Positions 22,055 to 35,429 of a stretch of 64,000 bases of DNA are shown piece by piece. This DNA is from Magallana gigas. Lineage: Eukaryota. The translations under genes were made by a program, and so were the position numbers. Within the stretch, counting starts at the first letter, position 1, and each line of letters begins with the position of its first letter. Under the pieces are notes generated by a model. That model had not been told where the DNA came from. It saw only the letters and a program-made list of their open reading frames with translations, and made no database searches. The stretch spans positions 13,578,001 to 13,642,000 of the forward strand of contig NC_088859.1 in assembly GCF_963853765.1 (NCBI RefSeq), given 5' to 3'.

Positions 22055-23603
22055 CGTCATTATACATTGTAATTTGTTCTGTGTTCAAGAATGTTTTGTC
22101 AATTCTATATTTTATGTGCCATATTAATGTATTAATTTTTATGAGTGGTAAATTATAGTGAACTGATGTACGCATATATGATATGGAATGCATGTGTTTT
22201 ATTTTTTATTAAAACTTCTTCAGTTTTTGTTGTAGACATTGGTATCCATTGTTCTATTGATTATGGAACTTAAAGAATTTACATATAGCTGCATATTAGT
22301 ACGGGCCTAGGGGGTTGATTGTCAAATCAATGATTTTGTAGCAGCTGTTGCTATGATTTTAACACTAAAGTTTATGGAAGACGATATCATGTACATATAA
22401 TCTGTCTTGAAGCTGAAATTATACAAAAGTGTGCGTGTGTGTGGTAAAAAAAATTATCGGGATGGTAAAAGCAATAGCTCTCCTTACATCAAGTTAGGTT
22501 ATACTCAGCTAAGATTTCTAGTACTTTCGCACTATTTTTACACTTCGCATTGTGTAAGTTATTCATAATTATTTTTAGAGAGCTCACTGTTACAGGGAGA
22601 TGAAATCTCGACTCTTTTGTAATGACAATCGGTTTTGACAGTAACCTTATATTCTTTGACCTGGGTCTGTATTAGAGTGGCAGGTCATTAACATTTTTCT
22701 TATTTCACGTCTCAAAAGATTTCTTGCTTTGGCAAAAAGATACACACAGTGTAGCTTAAAGTTTCATCCATTATCAAAACGTGAATGCAAAATTAGCAGG
22801 GGAAAACAGTCGATAATCTCATCACTATTGAAAGAAATCTTTATAGTATTCGGTTTCTCTACATTACATCAATTAAAGCTAGGTTCTATCAACGATAAAA
22901 CGCTTGCTTGGTATGTGGATGGTCGGTGTTCGAGTCTGGTCCGCATCGTAGGGGGTCAGCAAGAAGTTCCTAACCGAGCACTTGATGGGGCCCTTATTTT
23001 CGAAACCAGTGTCGCTTTTCCGCGATATCTCCTTTTTAGAAAAGTGAGATTAAGTTCTAATGTGAACTCATCAAAGTTGTATGGCCCCTGAGCTTGGCCA
23101 TTCTCTAAAATTTATTAAAGAATCGAAATTATGACGTCATCAGTGCCCATGGTAGACACAAGACAAATGAGAGGGAAATCAACAGAATTATATCGAGTAA
23201 TAAATTTTGCAGAGAAGGTTTATATGCTTATGATATGTCTTTTGTTGATGGACACTAGGATAGGATTTCAACCAATTATTTTTTTAAAATCTAAACTGCT
23301 CTTCATGAATATTTGAGAATAATGCTGGTCCCGTATAACACTTGGCGTATCTGTCTATATGCCCGCATGCCGTGGATTGCTCGCCAATTTGGCATTGGTG
23401 TTAGATAATTTGTGACCGCGTATATTTTTATAGTTAAGTTTAAATTGATAAAATTTAAACTTTTAATGTAACAAATTTATCCATTCAATTCAATTCTACA
23501 GCTTAAGACAACTTTTCCTTTGACCTTAATACAGGGAAGTTAATGACCAAAAACAAACGAAATGAAAAAACTAAAAAAAAACAAACAAACAAAACCAAAG
23601 CCC

Positions 23604-23676
23604 GAACATACACTATCAGTAGAACATACACTATCAGTAGAACATACACTATCAGTAGAACATACACTATCAGTAG
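23604..23676. repeat. 18-bp minisatellite x4 (GAACATACACTATCAGTA)
   Basis: Four perfect tandem copies. Confidence 0.95.
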
Positions 23677-25412
23677 CAGCTTGTATTTTATTTAGATGAA
23701 AATGTAAGTACACTACATGTAGATAGCACAAGTAATATTTCAAGAATTATTTGAAAATATTTTTGAGAAAAGAAATATCACAGAGACTTTAATGTGATGA
23801 AATATGTTGTATATTGGTACATTGTCAATGTAATGTAGGGATATTTAATACACAATCTGATCAGACATATACATGTAATTTTGCTATTCTTTGAAAGTAG
23901 AGCAAGCGCAAGTTAAAAATAGGAGAAAGTTGGATTTTTATATCAAATATACTAAATGGAGAACTAATTTTGAATTTTATCATTAGTATTGTTTATGATG
24001 AAATAAATTGTGATCCAAAAATCAATATGCCAGACACTTAGTTTTTCATGTACACATATTCAAATGTCTTTTTTCTCCCTTAAAATACCTTTTTCTATTT
24101 TTAAATGTAATTATATGCTCGCAAAAATTTAAAGATTAGAGCAATTACAGGTGCTTGAGGACCACACCGACCCCCCCCCCCCCCTCCTCCATTCCCCATC
24201 CCAAATATCTAGACCTCCAGGATTTTACTCATGATCCTTTTATGACATATTTATAATCTCATGGATATGAACTTGGTTGTTCACGTGACCAAATTCTATG
24301 AAGTTCGTTCATAAAATCCGACCCACCAAACAACGTTTATTTTTCCACGTTACCCTACTTAAATTGTGACGTCATGAACGTCGGGATATTCCTCGTGGTA
24401 AGCAACGATTGCTATCAAGTTGACGTTGCTAAAATATAACCATATCACAGAAAAATGGCGGAGGAGTCGTGGGTGGTGAGTACCTTCCAAATCTGCTAAC
24501 TTTTCTGAGACTGCTCTGACAACACGTTTGTAAGCATTTGGTTTACTTGCAAACGTTGCCCACTTCAATTTTGATGCATTCCAATATTATTCTCTCCAAA
24601 CACTTAAAGATATATCAAGAAACTAATGCTTTACTTACAATGTTAATACGTACATGGGAAAATTGTTAACTAAATGGTATTGTTAGCTCTGTCATGCAGG
24701 TTAAATAGTGATTTAATAAATATTCGTTGAGCACCAATTCTTTTATAGATTTTTTCCGTTGATTTCATTCATGAAATCAAATGTTTATTGAAGTTCAATT
24801 TCTAATAACATATTGTATTTGATTGATAACATCATTTGCCATTTACATATCCTTCTTTCCATGAAAGCCACGAAAATTGATGACCACAAATATTGGTAAA
24901 GCCATTACAAGTTAAAATAAAACAGAACTACAAATATTATGTAATAAAATAATGGTTTTTACTACTTCCTTTCTCCATTAATTTCTGATTTTGAAGAACG
25001 AAGTCTTGGATTTTGGGGATGAGCCTGTAAAAGATTTGGTAAGTTGTCTGTTATGAGTTGACAGTTAGAATGAAATGCAATATATTATCTTTTCATTTGT
25101 TATTCATTATTGCTATGATCTATTCATGGATAACTTGCGTTGTTCAGTGTCCCGAAGGGGCTTCCCTTCCATCGCATGTAAAATGAAGATGCGAAATTGC
25201 AATGGCGAAGAAGCGAGAGTCAGACAGAGACATAATGTGTGTCATAATATTGGTTTTGCATGTTCATTCTTCATGTTTAATTACTCTCCTTGGTCCACTC
25301 TCCATCCCATATTCTTGTTCTTTTCGATTATATGTCCACTTATGGTCCCTTACAACTGCACAAAAATTCTGTTCAGAGATAATGGTACAAATGAATAGGA
25401 AGCGATTGAGCG

Positions 25413-25865
25413 ATGGCTGAAATGGCCCCAGAGGACCACCATAGCTCACTAGCTTCTTTACTTCAAGCAAAAATCCAATCGATTTTAATTAAACAAAATA
25501 CTAATACTTTGGCACTCGATGTTAAAATACTATATATAATCCAAATACTTAGGAAGGTGGCTCATCTTAATGTACTCATGAGAAAAATCTACCTATAAAA
25601 AGAAATCATTCGAATACCGATACATATGTAGAAAGATAACACCTGCAATGGTTAATAGTATACTTCATTTTGCAGGAGACCAGACTGGCCATCTTCAAAT
25701 TCAACTACAGTTGGGCGGACATGGTAGAGAAGGAAGAAAAACGAAGGGTAATTACATATTGGATTAATTTCAGTTGCAAAGAAAAAAAAAGACTTTCAAA
25801 GTTTCTGCACAAGACTTTAAAGATTTATTCTTCAAAACCAGAATTAGTTATATATATATAGTTAT

Positions 25866-25930
<65 letters not shown>

Positions 25931-26103
25931 TGGTCCGTATATTTCAGGGTAAACCAGACATCCCCGAGCGGTGGCCGGACCACATCCCTGACTGGATGAG
26001 ACTGACAGAAATGATGCCCTCCCTCAAACGCCGACCCAAACTGACCAGTTCTATGGTAGGGGGCTTCTCAAGTCTCAAAGCGGCAGACTTATTACCTTTC
26101 TAA
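25413..26103 (+). CDS. Candidate 3-exon orphan gene (~123 aa): 25413-25556, 25676-25747, 25948-26103
   Basis: Exons 2 and 3 have good acceptors (ttttgcag, atttcag), are GC-enriched and join in phase 0 (ETRLAIFKFNYSWADMVEKEEKRR-GKPDIPERW...). The exon 1 donor (GTGGCT) is weak, so the true first exon is uncertain. Confidence 0.45.
25871..25922. repeat. (CT)n microsatellite
   Basis: Visible dinucleotide run. Confidence 0.98.
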
Positions 26104-27430
26104 TCTACTTAGAAATTATGAATATAACATTTTTATCCAGCGGTAAATATTTTTTTTGAATGAAACAAAAAATCAACATTTTCTATCTCTAAAAATCAAA
26201 TTAATTTGAAATTTTGAATATTTTTCTATGTATCAACACCAGCCTCTTCATTTTCCTTTTTAAGTCTTATATTTTTTTTGTAATGGCCTGCATTATCCAA
26301 TCGTTTTAACTCAACATTATGTACATTTAGAAATTACCCCTGTCCTTAACGAAAAATACGACATTTATGAATCTGAATTTATGAAGGACACTACCTTTGA
26401 TTGGTCGATGTCGTTGATCTTTCATCAACTTATTTTCCTTACTGAATTCTGAATATTATTCATTTGACAGAAAGGAAACATTAAAAACATGAGTTCCTCC
26501 TCCGAGATTGTGTGGATGAAGAGGGAGCCCCCACCCACGCGCATTCGTATTCTTACACGTGCCAGGAAGTAAGTTGGGTTCAGCAAAGGAGAGCATACAC
26601 AGAATATCAAATCGAAACTCATGTGAAACTTTTTTTATGACTTTTTATGTACATACACATATTTCTATTTCATAATTATTTTGGTTTTAAGAAATAATCC
26701 ATGTACTTTTGTCTCGTAGGAATTTTAGTTTTTATTAATGTATTTTTATACCATTATACATTTTGAAATAATAATTCGATGATTTTTAAAGCACTGACTT
26801 GGATACAACTCATCTCATGACAATCAAGTATAAATCGTGATAAAACTTTAATGTGAAAAACCTTATAAATCAAGGAAATAACAAAGATGCTGTTACGTTC
26901 AAATGTTGCTGTTTTAATTTTGTAAATTTGCCAAAATAAAAAAGTTTGAATTCTTTTTCTAAAAATGTTGCATTAAAGAAGATAACATCGACATAGAACT
27001 ATCTCAAATTTAGAGCAAGAAACAGCTAGAGAAGTCTGCATTTTACAAAATTTGCAACTCTCAGACGTATTCATATATACAAGAGTTGTCCGACTTTGCC
27101 CAATATTTCCTCAGTCTTGAGTTCCAAAATTGCACATAAAATTAATGAAAAAGAAATTAACAAAAAATGACTAATTGTATCAAAATGTGCGGATTAAGGG
27201 AACAAAGTTTACGTCCGTAAAAATTTTTCGAGTTCCAGAGGAATATTTTCAAGCGATTCATGTAAAGTACGGTAAGGCGAAACTTGCAGTACTTTCAATT
27301 CATTCAGACTTTGAAGTGGTGTACTTAGCAATCTCTTACGTTTTCGAGATTGTATCAGCTCACATGACTCTTATTAATAGTTAAGGTGCATACTTCAGTG
27401 CAAAAAGTGAAGGACAAATCATCATAAAAA

Positions 27431-27433
<3 letters not shown>

Positions 27434-27498
<65 letters not shown>
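27434..27498. repeat. (CT)n microsatellite
   Basis: Visible dinucleotide run. Confidence 0.98.
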
Positions 27499-27500
<2 letters not shown>

Positions 27501-29525
27501 GTATGTGAAAAAGGTGAAGTTTGTTATCTAAACCTTTTTAGTTGCCAATAGTTCTTAAACATACTTAAAAAAATAAAACAAGCAATTAAACAAATCATAT
27601 TTTTATTTTATTTCATACGTCAAAAATAAAACATACATAGAAAATGTTTGAAAGCCTGTATTCGAAAAGAAAAAAAAGAGTAGTAAAGAAGAAGAAAAAA
27701 ATGTCATAATTCATGTTTTTTTTTTTAAATTGGAAAACCCTGGTTTGCACCAGCAAGTCGCCCCGACCCCTACAAGTACACTCTGATTTCGTTTCTCGGG
27801 ATTCGGACAATTGATTCTTTGTTCATCCCATCTTATGTGCGCCATGGAAATTTCACGTTTCACCCAAATTTACCGCAAGAACATTTCGACTAGATACACG
27901 CAGGGTGAATACTTTCATATCTAGGTCATAAATTTCGTCAAAGCAAGACCCCGATACAGAAATTAGGACATTCTATCACCAGGACCGATCCCTGAGGGGT
28001 GAATGGGTATTCAGGAATGAATGGTCCTCAAGTCGAAAAAGTATATCACACTATCTTGAAATTAATTTGTACATGTACTGGAATTGTTCGTAATGTAGAA
28101 ATCTGCACAATTGCACGGGACAGTTTGAAAATACCAACACCTCTTCCCTATCTCTTTCATTCAAACTCCATCATGGGTAAAATTTACAGCAGAACTTTAC
28201 ATTCAAATCTGTATTTTCATATTAACCATAATGCAAATCATTAGTACTATACGCTATATATATATATATTCCCCATTTAATTAAGGCCGTTGATTTATAG
28301 TAACCAAAATGTATAACATTTTCTCTGTTAGCTGAATGGGTATTCATGGTGTTGTATACTCAATAAGCAACGTAGAAATTCATAGAAATGATTAGTCTTC
28401 TTGATTCATTATTATATATTAAATTTATGAAATCAAAATAAATGTAAAAGAAGACACATGCAAATGACCCAGTCAACAAAATGACCATTACAAACTTAGA
28501 AGGGGAGGGGTGGCTTCTTTTTTTTTAGGGGGGGGGGGGCAATATTGTCATTTTTCCCGCTGCACCCAAACTTGGAACTTTGGACCCCAGGTGCTCACGA
28601 GGACCTAAAACAAAGAATGACAGTAAACGATTTGTAGTGTATTTGGACAAATCACGATAAAACCATTACTGTTTGAAATGGACGATGTATGAATTTATAT
28701 TGGATTATAGCTCCTAGTTCTCTCGTGAATACTGATACTGGTTAGAAGCATTGCACGCAACATTAATTAATATGCATATGTAAATTAATCTCCGACTTAT
28801 ACATAAGTCCCTTGTTTATTTACAAATTAATACGATTTCAGAACTGTGAACTATGTATTTACCTGTTCACGGTCAGTTTGATTTAAATTGAAAACATGGA
28901 ATTACGGCGCCTAATCCCTTTAAATGACACCGGATTCGATTTATTATTGTCTAACAGAATGGGAATAGTAGTCCACAGTCGACGACGACGAGCTTCCTGA
29001 TTTGGTCACTGATAACCAAAGACAACTTGCCGTGTTTTGATTGACTCGTGTTTACTTTCGGGATCGCTTGAGCAGTATAAGAAACAGTTGCTTTAGGTGT
29101 GAGTTATATTACGTGTGCGCGGTGCGCGCGCTCTCTCTCTCTCTCTCTCTCTTTCTTTATCCCATTGACCAGTGACTGACAATTAATACACAAGTATCTC
29201 TTGCTTAATGGACGCCCGGTGGGTGTTGAAATTCCTTATATGCCACAGCGTTAAAAACGGCGGGAGCGTAAGGCAGTGATTTACTCAGCTCATGCGAACA
29301 AAAAAGATATACAGCGCATGAAAAACCGAAAAAAGGGACAATGCTTATTTACAGTGCCTGGTGTGATACGCTAGGATCAAAGTGAAAGAGTTTTACATAC
29401 GTATACATGTATAAATGAACTGACCCAGATAACGAAGACTGAATCAATGTTCTGTGCATGTTAGAGGAGCTTTAAGCAGTACCCTTTGGACTCTTCGGCG
29501 ACACGCAATATCGCCAACCAGAAAA

Positions 29526-32500
29526 ATGCCAACCATAAGGAAAATTGGATATTATACGACACTTTCGGTTTTATTAATTTTCTTGATCAGGGCTTGTTTT
29601 CCATTACTTGTGTTCATTCAGGAGACTTTATCTACTTGGAGTTTGGTCACTGCACTTTGTTTGGGTCTGGCGTTAATTCTCATACCTTGGCCCAGGGGAA
29701 CGGTCTCACCAGAGGACAAGGCTGTTTTGATTACGGGTAAATATTCATCTTGAGGAGCAAACATTGAACCTCTTGATAGTTTATGACTGATTAAAAATCT
29801 TTTTTAGGTTGTGAAGATTCGCACAGGTATTCTCGAGTCTGACAAAATTTATCACTGTTTATTTCGCTTGATGTCAGGTTCACCAAGGCACGTCGTAAAT
29901 TTTAGGAGATTGAATATCTCTATCCCCAAGATAAAAACCATTACCCCCAAACAAGAAAAATCTGGCATGCAATTGCCAAATCTCCGTTCTTCCTGTGTAA
30001 ATCGTCCAAGTGCCATTAATACGACTTTAAATCTCTTTAATCAACAGCCCATATATTACTTTACTTGAAAAAAAAATTATTTACAAGTCTTGAGGACATA
30101 TTTGGGTTCACTGCCTTGTGCTATAAACAAATATTGATACTGAATATATGCATAAAAACATTCACAAACTTAATATGATATTTAATTGAAATTAAAGTTT
30201 CTTTTGTATTATATATTTTAGGTTGTGACAGTGGCTTTGGGCACAGTTTGGCCCTGAATCTGGACAGACAGGGCTTTACTGTTTTCGCTGGTTGTCTGTT
30301 TTCGGACCGCGAGGGCGCAAGAAGTTTGAAGGAAAATTCCAAAAACATCCAAGTGGTACAACTGGACGTGACTGATGATTGGCAGGTCCGGAAGGCCGTC
30401 CAGACCGTCAAAGAAAATCTGAACGGAAAAGGTGAGAGTTCCGGAGAAAGTAACTAAATAATTATCTACAAATCAATGAAAAAAAACCTTTCACATATCA
30501 TTTATAGTCGTTTGTTAGAAATCGAATTAAAACCTGACGTCTATTTTGCTGCTACATTAGACAAATCTAATCTCTTTTTTTCGGGGTTTAATGTTAATGT
30601 AATTTGAAAAACGAGAATTTCAAAAGGCTGTACTTTATAGCAGACATAAAATACCCTTATCGTTTGGGGGTTTGACGCTATGAAATTTGTTGAGCTGTTC
30701 AACCTTAAACTCAAACGTGTAAACAACGTATTTTGCACCCATCTACCGTATATATATTCATTGAATATGAACAATGGAGTGGGGACGATATATATATATA
30801 TATAATAGTAAGTTCACAATCATATATCCTTACGAAACATCTTCACATTTAACAAAAGTTGGTTCCATGCTGTCTTAACACCAATAAGTGTGGGAAAGGT
30901 TTGCCTATGAATTATTCATTTATCAAACATCAAAACAAACGAACGTGAATCGCATATATGTACCTACATTGTGCAAGTATGGATAGGGAATACGAAATAG
31001 ACAATCTATCATTGCCAACGATACATCAGTTTTAAAACGTGAAATAGATACCAAAAATTCCATGGAAACAAACTTTTTTGTTATTTGCTCGAGAAACGTC
31101 ACGAAGAGATGTTTTGCAAACTTTTTTTCTGGAAAGATTCAAGATAGCAGAACTGTGCGCGGTTCTTGCATCAAGATTTGTAAAATTATACCTACTCTGC
31201 GAGGAAAAGTTCGCCGGTGCAGTTAATCGGAAAAGCTTTTTAAAAAGGAATTTGTTTCAGTAATAAGCTAACATTCCGAGTTATATACATCCCATTAGAT
31301 GAGCGAGTCATTTAATTGTCCAATTCCCTCCGTTAACTTTCTATCCGAGCATTGGTTTATTAGTTTAAAATATTTGCTTTGGCCCTGAAACACAGGAAAA
31401 ATCAATATGATGGACCCATAAAAATCTTTATTAAATACAGAATATCATTAAAAAAATACAGACTCAAAGGGTAATAATGATGTAATTGCACGAAACATTT
31501 GTTTAATTATTTTATTTAGAAAACCATAACAAACTTATCAGGTTATGGTTCTCATTTTCCCGATTTTTTACTTTTTCTCCAATTTCTTAAATTATTCTGT
31601 CTGTCTTAATCTGTACAGTTCTGTGGGCTCTGGTGAACAACGCTGGCATAGCAACGTTCCAGGAAATAGAATGGTGCTCCGTCACGCAATTCCAACAGAT
31701 AATGGACGTCAACGTCATTGGCGTTGTCAGGGTTACCAAAGCGTTTTTGCCGCTTCTACGCGGAGGAGAGGGGCGTGTGATTAACGTGGCTAGTCTGGCA
31801 GGTGAGAAATAGAAACTGGAATCAAATCTCTGATGAAACCACCATGACGCACTCACACAATAAAAATAAACATTTGTTATATCGATTTAACTCTTGGTAC
31901 TATATGTGTCTTTTATTGCTTGTAATATATACCATACTCTTAGTAATATTGTACTATAAATGGAAAATGACATAGGCATTTATACTGAGATATGTAATGA
32001 TTTATGCACGGCATTTGAAAGTGAAACTGGGACAATGTACTTTCAAATGTTGGTAACCTGTGTATCTGCATGCATTACGTAATTCTGGAACTACTTTCCT
32101 AATCTTTCTCGTGTCTTTGAAGGTCGTTTTACAGTTCCTGCCTTTGCTGCTTATTCGATGTCAAAGAAAGCTTGTATAGCATTTTCTGACGGGCTCCGAC
32201 AAGAAATGGCCAAATTTGGGGTCAAGGTCATCACCATAGAACCCGGATTATATAGGTAAAATTTCACTTGCGCTTAAAGAGCACTGCAATATTTTCATAT
32301 TTTTAAAGTTTTACTAAGTAAAAGTCATAAGATATTGACCTTTCTGGGAACTCTTTGTAGATAACACCGGTAGCTTTTTTTAAATTAAGTTCAAAAGAGG
32401 TTAACTATGTGACCAGCATTCTTGACTGTTATATAGTGAACAACTGGGACCCTAACGCTGTCGTCTTATGCTAACTAATAGTAATCGTCTTTTTGTAGAA

Positions 32501-32922
32501 CTCCAATCGTTGAATCGGATTATCTTATAAATGCCAACCGGAGGTCGTGGGCAGAGACTCCTTCAGAGGTCAAGGAGGTTTATGGAGAGGAGTATTTCGA
32601 TGCGTTCTGTAAGAGCATCAGCTTGCACATGCGCCGCGCACGTAGCAACGTTGGGGAGGTCGTCAAACAAATGGAAGAGGCCGTTACATCGGCCAATCCA
32701 AAGCATCGTTACGTACCGTACTGGATGTCGGATTTAAGGGCAACTATTCTGGGTGCACTGTCGGATGAAACTAGGGATAAGTTTTTCCTTAGCACGTACA
32801 AACTGCCAACAAAACCAGCTCAGGCACCCAAAAGTTTTTCCCGGCAAAACTCCCATTCGCCAACTTTTAACCTTACTCTGAAAAATGTATTCAGACAAAA
32901 TTCTGAGTCTAAAAAACCTTAA
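29526..32922 (+). CDS. Membrane-anchored short-chain dehydrogenase/reductase (RDH/HSD17B6/BDH1-like); exons 29526-29736, 30222-30431, 31619-31801, 32123-32255, 32499-32922
   Basis: N-terminal hydrophobic segments, TGCDSGFG (TGxxxGxG), LVNNAG and YSMSK (YxxxK). All introns are GT-AG with consistent phases. Confidence 0.93.
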
Positions 32923-34145
32923 AAGACATTGGACAATTTGGGGGGAATTTTTTCACACAGACAATCCGTCTAGGATATTAAAGCCTGCAGTTTTGAAAAT
33001 GTTTGAATTCACAACACAAACAAACAATTTGAAGATTAATATGTTGTTGTTGGCCAACCTTGTGGTTCAGGTGTGCTTCAAAGCAACGCGTCTGTTTACC
33101 TGTAAACATTTCCTTTTGAATCATTTGTTTTTTAAATATCACTGGCAATGTTGCGTCATTTTTTAAAATCTTGGTTGTCTCTGTTTCTGCGTTGTGTATA
33201 TATTTCAACACTGATAAAATCGGTGTACTTTAGCGCGAGTTATCAAGGCGTATTACATAGTTTGTCGGTTTGTTCATTTTATAAAAAGTTATGATAATCA
33301 ATGCATTTTATATTATGTACGGGTTTTAATATTGATCAATCATTTTATGTTTTTACTTATACTCATAAATATTTAATTCTTTTATAACTCGTATTTTTAG
33401 GTTTAAGTTTTCCCGGAGTTTAATCTACGAAACTCTTGGATGTTTTGCTTTTAGCTTTAGCATGATATATACCTTGTACTTTCATTATCAATGAAAATTA
33501 AAACAAAATGTCATTTATTGTTTAAAAATTAAATAAATTTAGTTACATGTGACCTTTTCTTTTTCGCATTTTTCTTTTGATACGGTTACTGACAACCAAA
33601 ATATTAGGATTTCGCTTTAATCCATGAAATTCTGGCTGAGGATTTGATTACACAGAGGGCTAATCTTGTAAGGATGTTCACGCCAGACACAAAGATCTGA
33701 ATGGCAGGCCCTGATTGTATACATCTCCGATACTTTAAAAATGTTTGCGTTTTTGTCTTTTGTGTATACTAGTATATTGTAATTGGGAGGGGATCAGGAG
33801 AATACTAGAGCTGATGGAGGCCAGTTCTCCGTGTATTCAGCTGCTTAATGAAACCTATTGGGTTTTGTTACTTGTGTGTTATCTGCACAACAGTTTTTGG
33901 ATATAAAACATATGGCGTCTTTACATTGCTGAAACAATTTACAGAGGGGGAATCTCAAATTGCACGACCAAAAGATGTAGCGATTTGACTAGTTACACGA
34001 GTTTCTGTCGTCTATTATATGCTAGTTCATACATCAATGAACCTAGTAAGACAAAATACATGGTCGATAACTGTATGATTGATGTAGTATCTGGATAAGG
34101 CAATTTTTAAAAGACCAAAATGGTATTGAGCCGAATGCTCCGTCG

Positions 34146-34247
34146 CATAACACGCTGTTCAGCTAGCACTACTTCACATTACACGCTGTTCAGCTAGCAC
34201 TACTTCACATAACACGCTGTTCAGCTAGCACTAATTCACATAACGCG
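34146..34247. repeat. 31-bp tandem repeat x3 plus partial copy, followed by a CpG-rich degenerate repeat region to ~34490
   Basis: Unit CATAACACGCTGTTCAGCTAGCACTACTTCA. Inverted motif CAATACAACTTCACTT (34257) pairs with AAGTGAAGTTGCATTG (~34474-34489). Confidence 0.85.
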
Positions 34248-34602
34248 CTATCGCGCCAATACAACTTCACTTAGACCTTGCACTCGCGATAACACATTCT
34301 ACGCTGAACGTAGCTTATAAATACAACTTGGCATAACGAGTTCGCACAACCGCATACAATATAGCAATAGCGATAGTCCTTGCGCTTTGCAATAGCGCAA
34401 CGGCGTGTGGCATGAAGTTGGTTAGCGGGACGGTGTATTGTAGTGTAAGTTTTTGTGCGCGCTACGACGTTAAAAGTGAAGTTGCATTGCGCATGAAAGC
34501 ATGTGGGAGGGGGGTTTAATGCAGCGGTGTTGTCTTGATACAAAGCTATACATGTATATAGTCTGTCTAAATTATTGTTTGTTTTCATTTGGGCGATTTT
34601 CA

Positions 34603-34950
34603 CATAAAAATACATAACTGTGAAAGAGGTACAATTGAAATCGATGAAAGGGAAAATATCAAAGATATCTTCAATGAAACACTATTATTTTTTACTCGGA
34701 AAAATTTATAGAAACGAAAAAAGATTTCGTACGGAAATTTATAATGGGAAATGTTGACACATTTTTTTTATTCGATAGTCACTCCGAAGACCCAGCACAA
34801 TTTCTTGGTACTTTTATGTCAGTTGCAAGGCAAAATTCCCGTAGACTTCTTTATTTTTTAGCTGTGAATTGACAAGCTAGAAAGGGGGGGGGGGGTTAAA
34901 TGAGAAATCTATAATTTTTTTCACACTTCTGAATAAACATCATTTGAACC
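34603..34950 (+). repeat. Dispersed DNA-transposon-like repeat, copy A (copy B at ~61656-62000)
   Basis: Shared blocks CTGTGAAAG...TTGAAATCGATGAAAGGGAAAATATC...TTTATAATGGGAAATGTT. Ends not resolved. Confidence 0.7.
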
Positions 34951-35429
34951 CTGAGGTTTTTTTATAGATATCAAGTAATTAAGCAAAATGTGAATTGAGG
35001 TTATCTTGGGACAGAGAATTGTCACGTTTTAGAACATTTTATGAATATCTTAAAGGACGTGTTGTGATTTTTTGCAATGTGAAGGGAACTTTTTGGTCCT
35101 ATATTTTGACACCATTTACACAAGGGTGCACCATTCAAGCAGTAATTTTAAGTAAGAGTCAATGCACATGTATGTAAAAGGAATTTTAAAGGACAGAATA
35201 TATTTGCAAGGAAATTTTCAAGTAGAAAAACAATGCGGATCAGTCACTATCCATATCTCTAATACTCTATACACACAGGTTAATGATATTTTACTTATCG
35301 GAAAAAAAATCGCAACAGAAATTTTACGAAAGTCATATGCATGCTTTGGTCCACACAGTCATTAGTGTCATTCTTATTTAAATAGAATGATACTGAAAAG
35401 AATTCTTATCCCATCTAGAACTCTATTAC

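Noticed and set aside
22890-22945. tRNA-like fragment with B-box GTTCGAGTC
   Set aside because: No A-box or acceptor stem and the anticodon stem does not pair; at most a decayed SINE head, not a tRNA gene.
24359-24568. 69-aa minus-strand ORF next to a degenerate hairpin element
   Set aside because: No recognisable domain or splice context; probably internal sequence of the decayed repeat.
29800-29830. TTTTAGGTTGTGA resembling the SDR exon 2 acceptor (possible duplicated exon)
   Set aside because: Similarity is only ~13 nt, and the downstream sequence does not encode the GxxxGxG motif.
13603-34895. Scattered G or C homopolymer runs (13603, 17580, 17687, 24171, 28508-28520, 34884) as a G-quadruplex system
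   Set aside because: Isolated single runs with no common context; frequent in such genomes and prone to sequencing length error.
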